A DNA stretch of 57,098 nt, filler included, from Catajapyx aquilonaris (taxonomy: Eukaryota), in NCBI GenBank assembly GCA_000934665.2. It is 3 parts of 3 records of this genome, joined end to end, with 100 filler letters (N's around TTAATTAATTAA, not from the genome) between each part and the next. Parts side by side here need not be neighbours in the genome. Positions count along the whole stretch, not along the records: positions 20,175 to 38,598 come from JYFJ02006706.1; positions 38,699 to 57,098 come from JYFJ02006707.1; 1 more part is not named here. The stretch is one strand, 5' to 3'. Shown here piece after piece: positions 38,094 to 50,789 of the stretch. The notes beneath the pieces were generated by a model, which made no database searches, was not told the origin of the DNA, and saw nothing but the letters and a program-made list of their open reading frames with translations. The position numbers and the translations under genes were made by a program. Every line of letters begins with the position of its first letter. Within the stretch, counting starts at the first letter, position 1.

Positions 38094-38142
38094 GTACTCT
38101 TTGGTACTCCTTTGGTACTCCTTTGGTACTCCTTGGTACTCC
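38094..38142. repeat. 10-11-bp tandem repeat (ggtactcctt[t]) x5
   Basis: Direct reading. Confidence 0.9.
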
Positions 38143-38386
38143 CTGGCGCTCCCAGACAATAAACAAATAAGGTAGGCCTACCTGTACCAAATAAGGCCCA
38201 CCTAACAGATAACAATTTTTCACCAGTCCTAGTGAATGTTGAGCATTTATTTGACTGCATGGACAGATAGCCTACATCATGTAATAAGGCACAAGGAAAT
38301 AAATCTCCGTATATGCTGCAATGGATATTTTAGGCTGACAAACTGATAAGTAAAGTGTTACACATGAGCCTTATTAAGACCATATA

Positions 38387-38598
38387 CAGGGTGTTTACGA
38401 CCTAACTTTACAAACTTCTAGGGGTGATAGAGGGGACCAAGACAAACATTTTTGACATAGGAACCCGTGTCCGGAAACGCCATCTAGAGGGGGTTCATAG
38501 ACAAGGAATGGGTGCGCTCAGACGCGTCACGCGAGAGGCGCTAGGCGAGCGGACTGTTTTGTTGATAGATGGCGCTCGGATAGTAACCAACGATACGA
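38387..38598 (+). mobile_element. Mariner-type element left end, truncated by the scaffold end
   Basis: ta|cagggtgttt terminus typical of mariner-family TIRs; the other end is not present. Confidence 0.55.
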
Positions 38599-38698
38599 NN
38601 NNNNNNNNNNNNNNNNNNNNNNNNNNNNNNNNNNNNNNNNNNTTAATTAATTAANNNNNNNNNNNNNNNNNNNNNNNNNNNNNNNNNNNNNNNNNNNN
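38599..38698. other. Artificial scaffold-joining spacer
   Basis: Identical 44 N + TTAATTAATTAA + 44 N structure. Confidence 0.95.
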
Positions 38699-39104
38699 GG
38701 GGGGGGCGCTCTTACTTTAATGGGACGTAACTTCCACCCAAATTCCCATGCTCCTGTCCGGTTGACAGTTTCCACAGTTATTTTGCATTTCATGAGAGTC
38801 GACCAAAATTTGCTAGCTCTTTCTGACTGTCAAAAGACGTAAGGTTGGGTTCATTTGTGTGCAATTGAGTTATCTAAATGCTTTGACAAAAGTGCAAACC
38901 ACGGGCGACAACCAAATTTTGATTTTAACTTGTCCCATAGGACATTGTTTTCATGTTTATGTCACTTTAGAGTGTGCTAACTGACAATCACATGTAATCA
39001 CCGTGTAACTATGTTACAGGTCTGATTAACTTCACAAAATTGTGGTCCATTTTACAGTACTAGTCCCGACTAATCCTCATGTGTTCGTTTGAAACACATG
39101 AGAA

Positions 39105-39478
39105 ACAGTGAGTAACCGTGATGGACATGAGTAACAGTAAAATACATGAGTAAAGGTGAAGCACATGAGTAACAGTAAAATACATGAGTAAAGGTGAAGG
39201 ACATGAGTAACAGTAAAATACATGAGTAAAGGTGAAGGACATGAGCAACAGTGAGTGACAGCAGAGTAACAGTAGGCTCAAGGGCATGAGCTACAGTAAG
39301 GACATGAGTAACAGAAGGGACAAATAGTGAAGGACATGAGTAACAGTAGGGACAAAATAGTGAAGGACATGATAACAGTAGGGACAAAATAGTGAAGGAC
39401 ATGAGTAACAGTAGGGACTAATAGTGAAGGACATGAGTAACAGTAGGGACAAATAGTGATGGACATGAGTAACAGTGC
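39105..39478. repeat. Compound minisatellite (32-38-bp units built on gacatgagtaacagta)
   Basis: gtgaaggacatgagtaacagtaaaatacatgagtaaag and gtgaaggacatgagtaacagtagggacaaata units. Confidence 0.92.
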
Positions 39479-40033
39479 CAATCACAACAAATGATTGGAC
39501 TTTTCACATATTTGAATATCTTCAAACTATCTTCAGAACATCTTCATACTTCAGACTTTTCCCTCAAACCCGACACCCCTAAAGAGCAGCCGCCAAATAG
39601 AGCTGTACGGATGTCGGAATGGTATCGATTGTGAGCGGTCTGGGTTGGCGGTTTGGCGGGCAAGGTGAGAGTGGCAAAGTGATTGGAGAGGCCAGGGGAT
39701 CGGTCGGGACTTCCCCGCGGCGGATTCGCCAACTCCCTAATCAGCACCCGCTTCCTCTCCCCTGAATTTTTAGAGCCAACGTACCGTATCCCTCCCCAAC
39801 CCCATCCTCCTACCCGGAGCCTCTCCCTAGCCACCTTTTCCCCTCCAGGGGAGGTGATGCCCGCATCTTTCCAACAGCTTTGATCAATACGTGCAGGCGA
39901 GAGTTTACACTTGATAACGAGGTGTTAGTGTACATACGAACGGGTCAGAAAGCACGAATGAGGACTCGTAAAATCCTGGATGAGGATTGGGTGGTGTGGT
40001 AGGGTGAAGGCTCGGGTGAAGAGGATCTAAAAC

Positions 40034-40575
40034 TGATGATATTGATGAAAAGTGGCTTGTCTTTTGACACGAACTTGGGACAGTAGATAGTGCACACTAT
40101 GACAAAACTCATAAAGTTGAAATCTACAAAAGAAATCGAACCGGAACAGCCATTTTTGACGAATTTACTAGCACGTTCATGCTAACTGGATTAATTAGAT
40201 TTACCTCAGGACACAAAACCGATGATATGGATGAAAAGTGGCGTGTCTTTTGACACCAACTTGTGGCATGGGATAGTGCACACTGTGACAGAATTCATAG
40301 AATTGAAAACTACAAAAAAATTCGAACCGGAACAGCCATTGTTGTCGAATTCACTAGGGCGTACTTTTAACCACCGTTCACTAGATTCATTAAATTTAAC
40401 TCAGGAAAAAGGGCTTTTGGCACATACTTGTGACAGTAGATAGTACACACTATGACAAAACTCATAAAGTTGAAATCTACAAAAAAAAATTTTAATTGTA
40501 ACAGCCATTGTTGTCGAATTTACTAGGCTCTACTTATTAGCTCCAATGTTCACTGGATTAATTAGATTTACCTCA
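40034..40575. repeat. About 185-bp degenerate tandem repeat, about 3 copies
   Basis: gatagtgcacactatgacaaaactcataaagttgaaatctacaaaa..acagccatt..gaattYactag recurs at about 40085, 40270 and 40438. Confidence 0.85.
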
Positions 40576-42709
40576 ATATTCCTGTACACTGTTCAATTAG
40601 ATTATTACAATTAGGATTAGTTTAATTTTCAAGCTAACGATGATGGTAGCATCCAATTAACGCTAATGCTATGCCCGCATTTTTAGGTAGAACCCGGTGG
40701 ACTGATGGATTGTCGCTCCTAGGATAATATCTGGCAATGAAAATTAAACTCGAAACGGCATTGATGTAATCCACACTCAATATCGGGTGTAATCAAAAGA
40801 TCCGGGGGTTGAAGGATCATAATGGAACTGTAATTACTGTTGGCAAAAAAAGGCGTCGCTCACAAACAATTTCCTCTGACGCTCTCCATTTCACAGGAGG
40901 GCAATTTAATACCAGGGGCAGCACCAAGGGCAGCCCACCTTTATCAAATTTCCGGAATTCAGACCACTCCTAAAGCTTACCAGAATATACAAGCAATGCA
41001 AAAGGCTTTTATGTCCCTTCCCAGGTTTGAGACTCCTTTGAAATCGGCTTAAGGTGCGAGGGGGCCAAAGTTCCAGCCGCAACCGCGGATATTGGGGGGC
41101 TTCTTTGGTGCGCACGTCTCCGCTGCGACATTTTGCGGCCGAAATAAGCCTGGCCACAAACACCGCTTTAGAATCGCGAGGGCACAGCCTATTTCCATTT
41201 CCAGAATAAAGGCTGTGGGATGTTGTCATGGACGGAGGTCGTAACAGGGGTTTGCTCGTGGTTCGTGATGTGGGGCTGCAGAGGCGCTGTGTACTCATAT
41301 GTGGAGTGATGGTAGGCTGGAATGGTCAAGTGTTGGTTCATTATTGAACATTTCTGGTAGTTGAAAAGAATGAAAAACNTGAACATTTCTGGTAGTTGAA
41401 AAGAATGAAAAACTTTCCCTTAAGGGCGGTATTCACTGCTCAATATCATGGGGTTTCAACCCGTTCAACCCCTTGACATTGAGCAGGTTACACTATAGAA
41501 TTCTTATACTCTCACATATTATGCAAATCTACTAGATTTACTATATCTCTAACTGTATGTGCAATTGTGCATGCAGGTGACAGATTACCATGACGAGACA
41601 TCATCTTAACGGTCATACAGCCTCCAACAGTCATGACGGTCTTATATGACCATTGGAAGTTGCATGACCGTTGTGACCGTTGGAGGACGTAACCTGATCA
41701 AAAATGACCGTCAGGAGACCATTACGTCCCCAAACGGCCATAACGGTCATATTTGATAAGGTATTTTCAAAAAATTGGAAATGGAATGAATGGAATGATA
41801 AATATAGTTTTGCAAACACAATATTTTTAAAATATTATTTTGTCTCTCAGAATTTTTAAAACCACGCTCTGCTACCAAAAGTTGCTGCAGCCCTTAATAG
41901 TCCTTTTAAGGTCTCTCTTGCACCTCACTTAAATTTAACACATCATGAACCTGACCGTTGTCACCTTCCAAATTTCCAGTACCATTGTTTTCAGCATGTA
42001 AGTAATTTCCATATTCATTTCAAACTTCCTTAGTTTGCTCAACTTCCAGCTCTGCTGAACTTCAAATCTTATTTTAGAGGATGCACAAAAAAAAATGTTC
42101 TAATTTCACGGAAACCTGGTTCCAATGCCATTCCAGTCCTTATTTGTACCGGAGGAATGTCGCAGGAAAAGTGGCTTCCCTGCGGATAGGGGGCTCTGTG
42201 GCACTGAAAAATGTGTTCATTATTTGCCAAAATGAAGCTGTACTGTACTATATACTTCATGGTGTTTTTTTGTGTGCTTCTGAATCAAGATTGGTCCAAT
42301 CACAGCCAAGGGACCATGTTACGCTAGAAGAGTGACATACGTCTCATATTATACACTGACCTGATTCAACTGATGAATACAGTTTGTTTTGTGAAAGATT
42401 CACATAAAGCGCATGAGTAAAGGGAGAGTACTTTTGTAACTCTAGACCCTTTTGCAAAATATAGTTAAAATGAAAGCGCCTGGTGGTTCACAAACAGTGT
42501 TTTATGCAATATTTACTGAAGTACCTACTAACGACCTGCTTTCCTCCCATGGTGAATCAATAACAAGGTTGGAAACACATGCTCATAATGCAAACATGCT
42601 CAAAAATATTTTTGAATAATAATGTTACATTTTGACAGTATGTATTAGCTGAAATATGTATTGACAACTATGTGTAAAATAATTATAAATATGACTAACG
42701 CTTTCACTT

Positions 42710-42960
42710 CGGGAGACCCCTCACGTTAGTGGGGGCTTAACGTCGGCCTATTTCTGCCGCTAGGGGATGGTTCTCCTCCTGGAAATTTGGCTACTCTGAG
42801 GATCTTTAACGTGCACTCGCGCAATGTCACAAGCACACAGGACCGACGGCTTTACTTCGCCTCAGAAGGAAGGCGCACTCTCACTTTTCTACCACCCAGA
42901 GAAAAGTCACGGACCTCGGCCGGGTTCGAACCCACAACTTTGGGACCAGAGGCGAGCGCT
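42710..42960 (-). mobile_element. tRNA-derived SINE with Deu/Nin-type conserved central domain, 5'-truncated
   Basis: Plus strand shows ggatctttaacgtgcac (42800-42816) and ggaccgacggctttacttc..gaaggaaggcg, then B box gggttcgaaccc; I recognise this layout from Deu/Nin-domain SINEs of invertebrates. Confidence 0.75.
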
Positions 42961-42982
42961 TTGGGAGAAACTATTGCCATTA

Positions 42983-43282
42983 CACTGTACTCCCGATTAT
43001 CCCATTGCGGATTATCCGTGGCTAAAGCAAATGAAAGTCCGAAGAAATTTCAATTTTTATGGCAAAGAAATATAACTGACATTTTCTGGAGTATAATACA
43101 AATTAAATATCTAAGGAAATTTTTCTACAGTACTTTTGATTAAACTTATTAAAGGCTCAGAATACAATATGCACATGTGAATAGCTCATTTTACGGTATT
43201 TATGACAATTTCCAGATTATCTATGTTTTCGCATTTCCGGCGATATCCGTGAAGCTATTAGCCCGGATAATCGGGGGTAGTG
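42983..43282. mobile_element. Tigger-like MITE, copy 2 (opposite orientation to 28383)
   Basis: ta|cactgtactcccgattatcc ... ggataatcgggggtagtg|ta; internal agctcattttacggt is the reverse complement of the copy-1 motif. Confidence 0.75.
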
Positions 43283-44729
43283 TATTCTGAAAAATAGTCA
43301 ATCAGTTTACACAAAATTTATCGCCTAAAAATTGCATGTATTACCTTATAAAATATAGGGTAAAAGGGGCCTCTTTTTTACCTTCTGTATAGAAGGTAAA
43401 CGGTTAAGAGTGTTATATAGAAGTAAACTAAAAGTTTTTAGCTTATTCATAGCTCACATGCACCTAGCTACTACTGCTTACTAAAATCTGCCTAGTAACT
43501 CCATCGTGACTTCCTTACGGCGCACATAATAAACGCCACGGCTCGGCTCACAATGAAGTGGCGGGGGTTTTAAGGGTCCACAAAAGATGGTGGCTGGAAG
43601 GCGCTATATGGGTTTGGAGGATGATGTCCGGAAGACTGATGGTAGCTGCTGCAGGCATTGGACCTTGCAAATACCAATCATGCACACTTCGCCGACTCGG
43701 ACGTTGGGAGAAGTTTAGACCAAAACTTTTCCACCCATTTCTCTACCCATAGTCAAAAGGGTGGGTTTGCACTTGGGTGTCTCGTCAATCTCCGTCTAAC
43801 TCCACACCCTTTTCCCGCCCCCTACCAAATCCCCAGGCTCTTCTTGGAATGCCATTTTCGCCCGCGTAATTATGGCCGTTTCTCATCACCGCACACAAAA
43901 GGAAGTTTGCTGGCAAAACCCTTGCCTCAGACAAGAACTAATTCGCAAAGCTCCCTCCCCCTTACCTCTTGACGTTTTTGGAAGGGGAGGGACCTCACCC
44001 TGTGTAATTTACACCTCTGGCTCTCACCTTGCTCCACCCAAGAAAGTGCGGAAAGGTTGGCAAGTCATATAGCTTTTGGAGGGAGAAACTCGACCTCCTT
44101 CCTGTCCCCAGCCCACTCTGAAAATGGTCGTGATGTATGGGGACCGCCACCATTCACTTTGAAGTGGGTGCGAACCTCCACTTAAAGGCCATGTTTTGCA
44201 AAAGTTGGGTCCCCCCAAAATTTCTGAAGCGTTTATGGAGACCACTAAATGGAATTTGACCTTTTTGCTAGGGACTTTAATTTGATACGATGGAGAATGT
44301 TGATTAGCAATTGAGCAGGCCATACAGTGGCACACTATATAGTAGCCATGGTTTGCAGCGCCCTCTCCATGGAACGAACCGGATGGGTACACCACAGGCA
44401 ACCCCTACATTTGCACAGAAAACATACGATAGAAATTATCACAAAATTTTGATATCGTTACGACCGTTACGATGAAGGTATTTGAACCGCGCAGGACATG
44501 CGGTGGCACTCTTGGACGCCATGGCTCGTAGCGCCCTCTTCAGGGATGCAAACTGGATAGGTACCCCACAAATGGCCAATTCTAGCATGTTTTGCCTGAA
44601 TCCCGTACATGTGACATGTAATTTGATACAAATTCGTTAAAAATCGACTAAAACCAACATTCTTACTATAATTATATGTAATGAATATCTTAGAAGGAAA
44701 TAACTGTTGCCAAGTACTGTTACGCTCAT

Positions 44730-45012
44730 GACGATCTCTCCTGGGACGCCATGAATATTGATTCTTCTGGCCAGGTAGGGGCAGAACTTCGGATGATAGA
44801 ACCGGGGCAAATCAGGGACGACCGTTACCGAACCGTTACGCTCCTGGAGACCTATCCAGGGACGTCATGGAATTCTGAGGCCTCTGGCCATATTTCCAGA
44901 CACATGGTCCTCAAAGTGCTTAGGAAGGTAGGCGGACCACGGAACCAAGAAGACAGTTACCCTCGTGGCGACCTCTCCAGGGACGTCATGGAATTCTGAG
45001 GCTTCTGGCCTG
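44730..45012. repeat. About 120-bp periodic repeat x3
   Basis: ccagggacgtcatggaattctgaggcYtctggcc at about 44856 and 44977; degenerate copy at about 44740. Confidence 0.75.
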
Positions 45013-45873
45013 TTCTGGCCACCTCATGGTTCTCCAATGGCTCAGAACGGATTCGGGGCCAAGGCAGGGGCAAAACGTAACGCGGACTCAACCTTCTTCA
45101 ACAGCCACCTAATTAATGCACATCCCCTTAACCATTCTGCTACTCTCTAACCTCAATTCCAATTAATCCTCAGCACTTTGAAGCCGGTTAGAAATTCTCC
45201 CCCGATTAGTCCCACACCTAGGGAAGTTGTCAGGTGCAGGCAAACACCTTCCATCACGCGCCTGTAATATGGCTTTGAAAATGGGGGACATTTGCGCTAA
45301 GGAGATGAAAGGCAGCTTACGGGAAGGGGAAGAGTTTTCCACCTGGTTTCCGTCTCCAATACGACGTCCTCAATCACTCAGATCAGTATGGCCGTCTTTT
45401 TCTGAGCCGATTTTACAGGCCAGAGGAATAAAGAACCTCCCTTATGCGAATGGGGGAAAAGTGGTGAATGGTAATGGCTTGTGGCCATAAGCTTACCCTT
45501 TAATATTCCAAACGATGCTCTTTCCTTCTCGCTATTCCTAGAGGTCCTTTTTATTTTTAGGGGTTGGCGACGGGTGTGTGAAGGGGTCATTTCGTGGCCA
45601 GTTTCATGTTTCCAGAGGTCCATTGGATTTTTTTTTGTGGTGACATTGTGCTTGGGATGTGGAAAAATTTTTGGGACCCTTTTTTGGAGTGTTTTGCTAC
45701 ATTCTGGAGGCGTGATCTGAATGCTAGACATAGCTGAAGGAAAGGGAATTAAAATTAGGAAATCAAAAAAATAAATATGGAATAACTGAGCTGAAAGAAA
45801 TATCAGTACCAAGTCAAAAAAAAAATATTTTTAAAGGTTCTTATGATCAGACATGCCTGTACTATTGGCTATA

Positions 45874-46052
45874 CAGAGTGTTTCAAATTTGATGACCTTT
45901 TTATAACTTATATCGCCCGATAATAGTTATTTTTGTAGCTTGTTGTGCCCCTAATCAATTTCTATAACAACTGTTACATTCTACCCCAAAAATAACTACA
46001 ATCGGGTGATATCAGTTATAAAAAAACCGATAAACGAATTTGGAACACCCTG
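45874..46052. mobile_element. Mariner-type MITE, 179 bp
   Basis: ta|cagagtgtttcaaatt ... aatttggaacaccctg|ta. Confidence 0.8.
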
Positions 46053-46181
46053 TATATTGTGAAACAAAAGCCAGCTCCAATACTAGTTGGCAAATGTCGC
46101 TCGCACTCTCATTTCCTGTGCTGGAGTATTGACTTGATATTTGAATACCTATCGTGAAGATGAGTTCACGGGAGCAATGTA

Positions 46182-46260
46182 CTTTATCGCTCAAAAAGAT
46201 AGAGACGATTTTGCATTGAAACCAAATGCAAAATCGTCTCCATCATTTTGAGCGATATAG
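46182..46260. mobile_element. 79-bp TA-flanked palindromic mini-MITE
   Basis: 36-bp arms with 3 mismatches, 7-nt loop gaaacca, TA on both sides. Confidence 0.85.
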
Positions 46261-47012
46261 TACATCTATACGAATGTGAAATGCATTTACAAGCTGAAAA
46301 GGGTACCATCAAGTTGATGGAAAATGTGACTGGAAATTTTGTTCGAATCGGGTTCTTGTAGAGTATTATTACATTGGAAATGGAAATTTTTTTGTTCATA
46401 ATTAACATTTATAAGTTGCTGAAACTGTATACTGTTGAATATTTATATACTATATAGTCATGGTCTGTGACCATTATTGAGAAATGATATGGGAATCTTC
46501 AATAGGCATTTATCCCATATATGCATCTCTACAAGAGACATTTATCCCATATACGCTTCTCTTCAAGAGGCATTTATCACATGGGATAAATGCCTCTTCA
46601 ATATATTCAGATGCAAATAAATAAAACGACATCTATTTCGGATAAAAAATTTCAACGTGCATATATTTGGCCGAACATTAAATTACGTAAATGTCTAAAA
46701 TGTAAATGATTCACGTATGTTCCTCATAATTAATCGAGACTAGTCACGCATAATTATTTTTAATATCATAATGGTCGGCATGACTAAAACCGCAGCTTTC
46801 AACCATGATGTTCAACATTCGATACGCTGCGCTGTTTGTACAGAGGATTTTCTCATGTAGAAACAAGCTCTTCACATTTGTCTGTTTTTAATTATTTTAC
46901 GCATTCCTGCAAAATATTAAGTTTGTATACATTCAATAGAACATTGTCGATAACGCCTATGTTAAATGATATTTTCATAATAAACGCTTATTAAATTTAC
47001 ATTATATAATAA

Positions 47013-47338
47013 CTAGCTGCGGCACCCGGCGCGGCGTTGCCCGGGAAGAAATGAATGAAGGGAAAACACCTGCCAGTACCCCCGTCAACTGCCTGTCTTT
47101 CTGTGTGTCCGCCCACCAATGCCATCTGTGGTTCTGCTATCCAACACCTTCAGCCTTTCCCGCCTGTATAACGGCAGCCGTCATTTGCCTCCCATCTGTA
47201 GTCAACCCCCAGCACCTCCATCCTCTCCATTGTCTGGGGGAGGAACACAGATGGCATGCAAATGACGGTTGGCAGGCGGACAGACAGACAGAGAGACTGA
47301 CTGACTGACAGACTCACAAACGGCTTTATTTATATAGA
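47013..47338 (-). mobile_element. Non-autonomous Helitron, 326 bp
   Basis: Minus strand A|TCTATATA 5' end, (TGTC/AGTC)n microsatellite, GC-rich hairpin cccgggcaacgccgcgccggg, CTAG|T 3' end; inserted between A and T with no TSD. Confidence 0.85.
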
Positions 47339-48829
47339 TTTTCGCAGTGTAAATAGGATATTTAGTATCAACAAACGCCCTGCAACTATAATGTTCCTGC
47401 TATACAAACACTGTAAATTTTTCATCGCCTTTGCGAATTACATGGACTTGTTTTTGGCAACGTCAATTTTACTTCTTTTAGGCAACGTCATGACGTTGCC
47501 CTTCTGCCAATCATATTCGTCATCTGCTAAAACAGGCCAATTGGTTGTTAAATCTTTCACGAAACTATCCATTAAAAACTACTTTGAAATATTTAACAAA
47601 ATAATGCACAAAAAATTGACCATGAATTATGAATTAAGACGCTTCTGATTTAAGACATTCTGAAATGTTTCGTAAACATGGAACAAAAATCCGTTAAGCA
47701 AAACAAAGGCTACCAATTAAAATTGTATGGCCAATCTCACATAAATATTCTCGTACAGTAATGGTCACAACTTCTATTTCTGAAGAAGCATTATTTCCTT
47801 ATGTTGCAAATTTTATAAGTACAGTATTAAGAGGCAATACCAACTGTCACAGCAGTGAAATTTTAATATGTGTAATATATTATTCCTGAGTCTTGTGCAT
47901 CGGAGTAATATGACCTACTTGTATATGCCAAAACGATTTAAACAACCTTAAAGCTAATAAATATTCTCATGCAGCATCATTAACGTTTCGCACATGAAAA
48001 GACACATTTATTAGTGTAACGTACCATGTAAAATTTTTTAACTCTGTTCCCCTGAGTATAAAAAAATCCTCTCTCTTATTGCATATCATGTCTGCATTTT
48101 GGACCTGTCGCAGCTAAATGGAGCCGATGTCAAAGCTGACATGCAGCTTTTAGTTTTCTGTACAAAAGCCCCCAGCACAACGCAGAGCGAGAGTAACTTG
48201 TGCAGAAAAGACTGGTGAAGCTCTATCGATTTACTCACTTCTAAAGCGCACCTGCGATTCAATAAGTTACTTACGTTGCTCACCACCATGCATGAAAATA
48301 GGATGTGATGCACTGCGGCACAACCCTACACTAGGTTCAAATATGGCGTCCTGTTTCCGTTACAAAACCGTTAGAACAAGTCAACCGTCAACCGCCATCA
48401 ACCCACCAAAATTTAAAGAACTGAATATTAATCCGGTATAATTTTCCAACTGGTGCCCATGCATGCCTAGTATTCAAGACGCCGCAGTTCCTTTTCCCAA
48501 TATTCTCCTTTGCTCTGTAAAGCCCATCCATCTGGGGCTGAGATTCCCTCCAAATGCTAATGAGGTCGGGCCAAAAGGCAAGAGAATTTTGGTGGAAGAG
48601 AAGCAAAATAAGGAAAGAACGTCTTGGAAGAAAAAAAGATAAAGAAAAGTGACCTTTGCCACCTTGGGCCTGAGGCCAACAATTAAGACTTGGGAACACT
48701 CTAGGAAATATTCCAATAGTACAATGCAAGTTAAGGCAACATGGCTTCGTAGAATTTCTTAACAACTAAGAAGTTTTGAGGAAGAACGGGGTGGGAGTGG
48801 AATACCACCCTTTTTCTTACGAATTTTCT

Positions 48830-49063
48830 TTTTGTCATTTTTATCTCCGGTGCAAGACACTCCCCAGGTGCGGGTCAGATAATCCCCACTGACACCGCAC
48901 CTCCCCATGGATGGGTCAAGGATAGGAAAGGAAGGGGGCGCGGACGGCTGTGGCCTATTATTTACGGAAGCGACCGCGTAATTTTTCTGGGAGGACCCCG
49001 GGACTCGAACCCAGGACCTCCCGATTAGCAGTCGGACGCCTTATCCACTCCACCAACCTGCTT
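48830..49063 (-). mobile_element. tRNA-derived SINE (GCT anticodon-like loop)
   Basis: Minus strand GTTGGTGGAGTGGATAAGGCG (A box), ccga-ctgctaa-tcgg arm, GGGTTCGAGTCCC (B box), followed by a non-tRNA body with hairpin ggtgcgggtcag/ctgacaccgcacc. Confidence 0.75.
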
Positions 49064-50789
49064 CAGTATGGCTATTCATAATAGTTACTGTTACAAGAAA
49101 TTTCGCTCACTGTTAATTTTTGTAGCTGTTGTTACTCTAATCAGTTGCTCTATTGAGTCTAGTCTACCACCTGATAATGTGGGGGACACAACAAACTACA
49201 CAATAACTACCTCGAGCGATATCAGTGATAACAAAAAAAAACTAGTCTGCCCACGAACGTTGAACACCATGGTATAATATTTAAGTGTGTAGTTATGGAA
49301 GGATGCCTTTGTCCGATGGTAACCACACTTCATGAGCAGTAATTACAGCGGTTAGGTGTGATGTCAAACCATATCCGCAAAACTGCTGTACCCTTCATTC
49401 GCCAAACTGACAGCCGCGTCAAAAATAGAGCAATTACAAAGAGAATGACAAGCGTAATTACAAAAGCTATGACAGCCCATCTTTGTACATATTTACGCCA
49501 TAATAAATAGTACCTAACAATGTAAATAATTCTGGAATTTTTTCACGTTTTTTTCAGTTAAAGCTTGGACATACGGTATGTGCACCTTACTAAATCCGCC
49601 TCAAAATGACTTGTTGTAACCGCTTTTGATCAAAATGACCGTTATAACGGTTCTTGAGCAATATGGCGGTTATAACAGTTTTTGAGCAAAATGACCGTTA
49701 TAACGGCCAAACAGATCCTAGATCAGCCTATTTAGAGTCCACAAGGATTTAAATATTTGCCGAATTAGTCTACACTAAAAGATTTCTTCACAGTGTAGGC
49801 GTATGTACGCCCTAATATACAGTACCTAATCATGTAAACAATTCTGGAATTTTTCAACAATAAAAGATTTCTTCCACAGTTAAAACATTCGCTACTCCAA
49901 TAATCCAAACCCTAAACAACTGGGGAATTTTCGCAAAACTGAGCATAACTTCACTTCAATTGGCACCCAATGACCCCTATGGGACTTGAAGGCACCACCA
50001 CTTTATCTGGGCAATAGGAATTCGCACAGGTACCCCAGGTCCATAGTCCCGCAACTATTTTTTGTGTGGCCTTTCCCTCCCGTTTTCCCTCCATAACCTC
50101 GGGGGCCAATTGGGCTCATGTGTATAGATAATGGCGGCTTGAATTGTCCTGCAGGGAAAATGGTGGGTCGCAAAATTCGATCTAGAAAGTGCAAGTTTTA
50201 AAGGATAAAAATCCTAGATATGGAACCCCAATGTGGAAGCTGAGATTTACCGTCGTTGATTTACGCCATTTCCATTCCCACCTCGCACTTTTTCTACGTC
50301 TACAAACCGGGAGCAAATTCAATAAACCCTCAGTCCTATGTATGGAATATTTATGCAGAACTCGACGCAGAGGACTGGTGTCATATAAAAAACAAGTTGA
50401 GAGTAAAACCAGTCGTAATAGTAAGACTCCAAGCAGGTAACAAATTTCTCTTCAGGGATAATTTTCGTCCTTCATTAGAATGCAGATCTCGGTAGGAGAA
50501 CCTAACATTTTCGCCACAATCGGGTTTGTAATGAGCGAATAACTGTGAATTGTGCATGAGATTTCAGGGTCTGCGCAAGGGGCAATGCTTGTAAGCTTCA
50601 CAGTGCTGTAATCCAACAATGAGACCCTAGTGAGAATGGGAATCAGGTTAGGGGATCTATGCAAAATTGCTCCGCTTGTTTCGGGATTTATTTTACTTAA
50701 GGGAGGTCACATATATTGTGTAAGTGCGGTTCAGCAACAATGAGGTACCTGTAAGTATGACCTGAATTCTACCCATGAATTTGATGGTA

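Noticed and set aside
41345..41413. Exact 34-bp direct duplication separated by a single N
   Set aside because: Signature of an unmerged contig overlap, not biology
48990..49063. Functional tRNA-Ser(GCT) gene (similarly tRNA-Gly at 28121-28197)
   Set aside because: Acceptor stems do not pair and the Ser variable arm is missing; better explained as SINE heads
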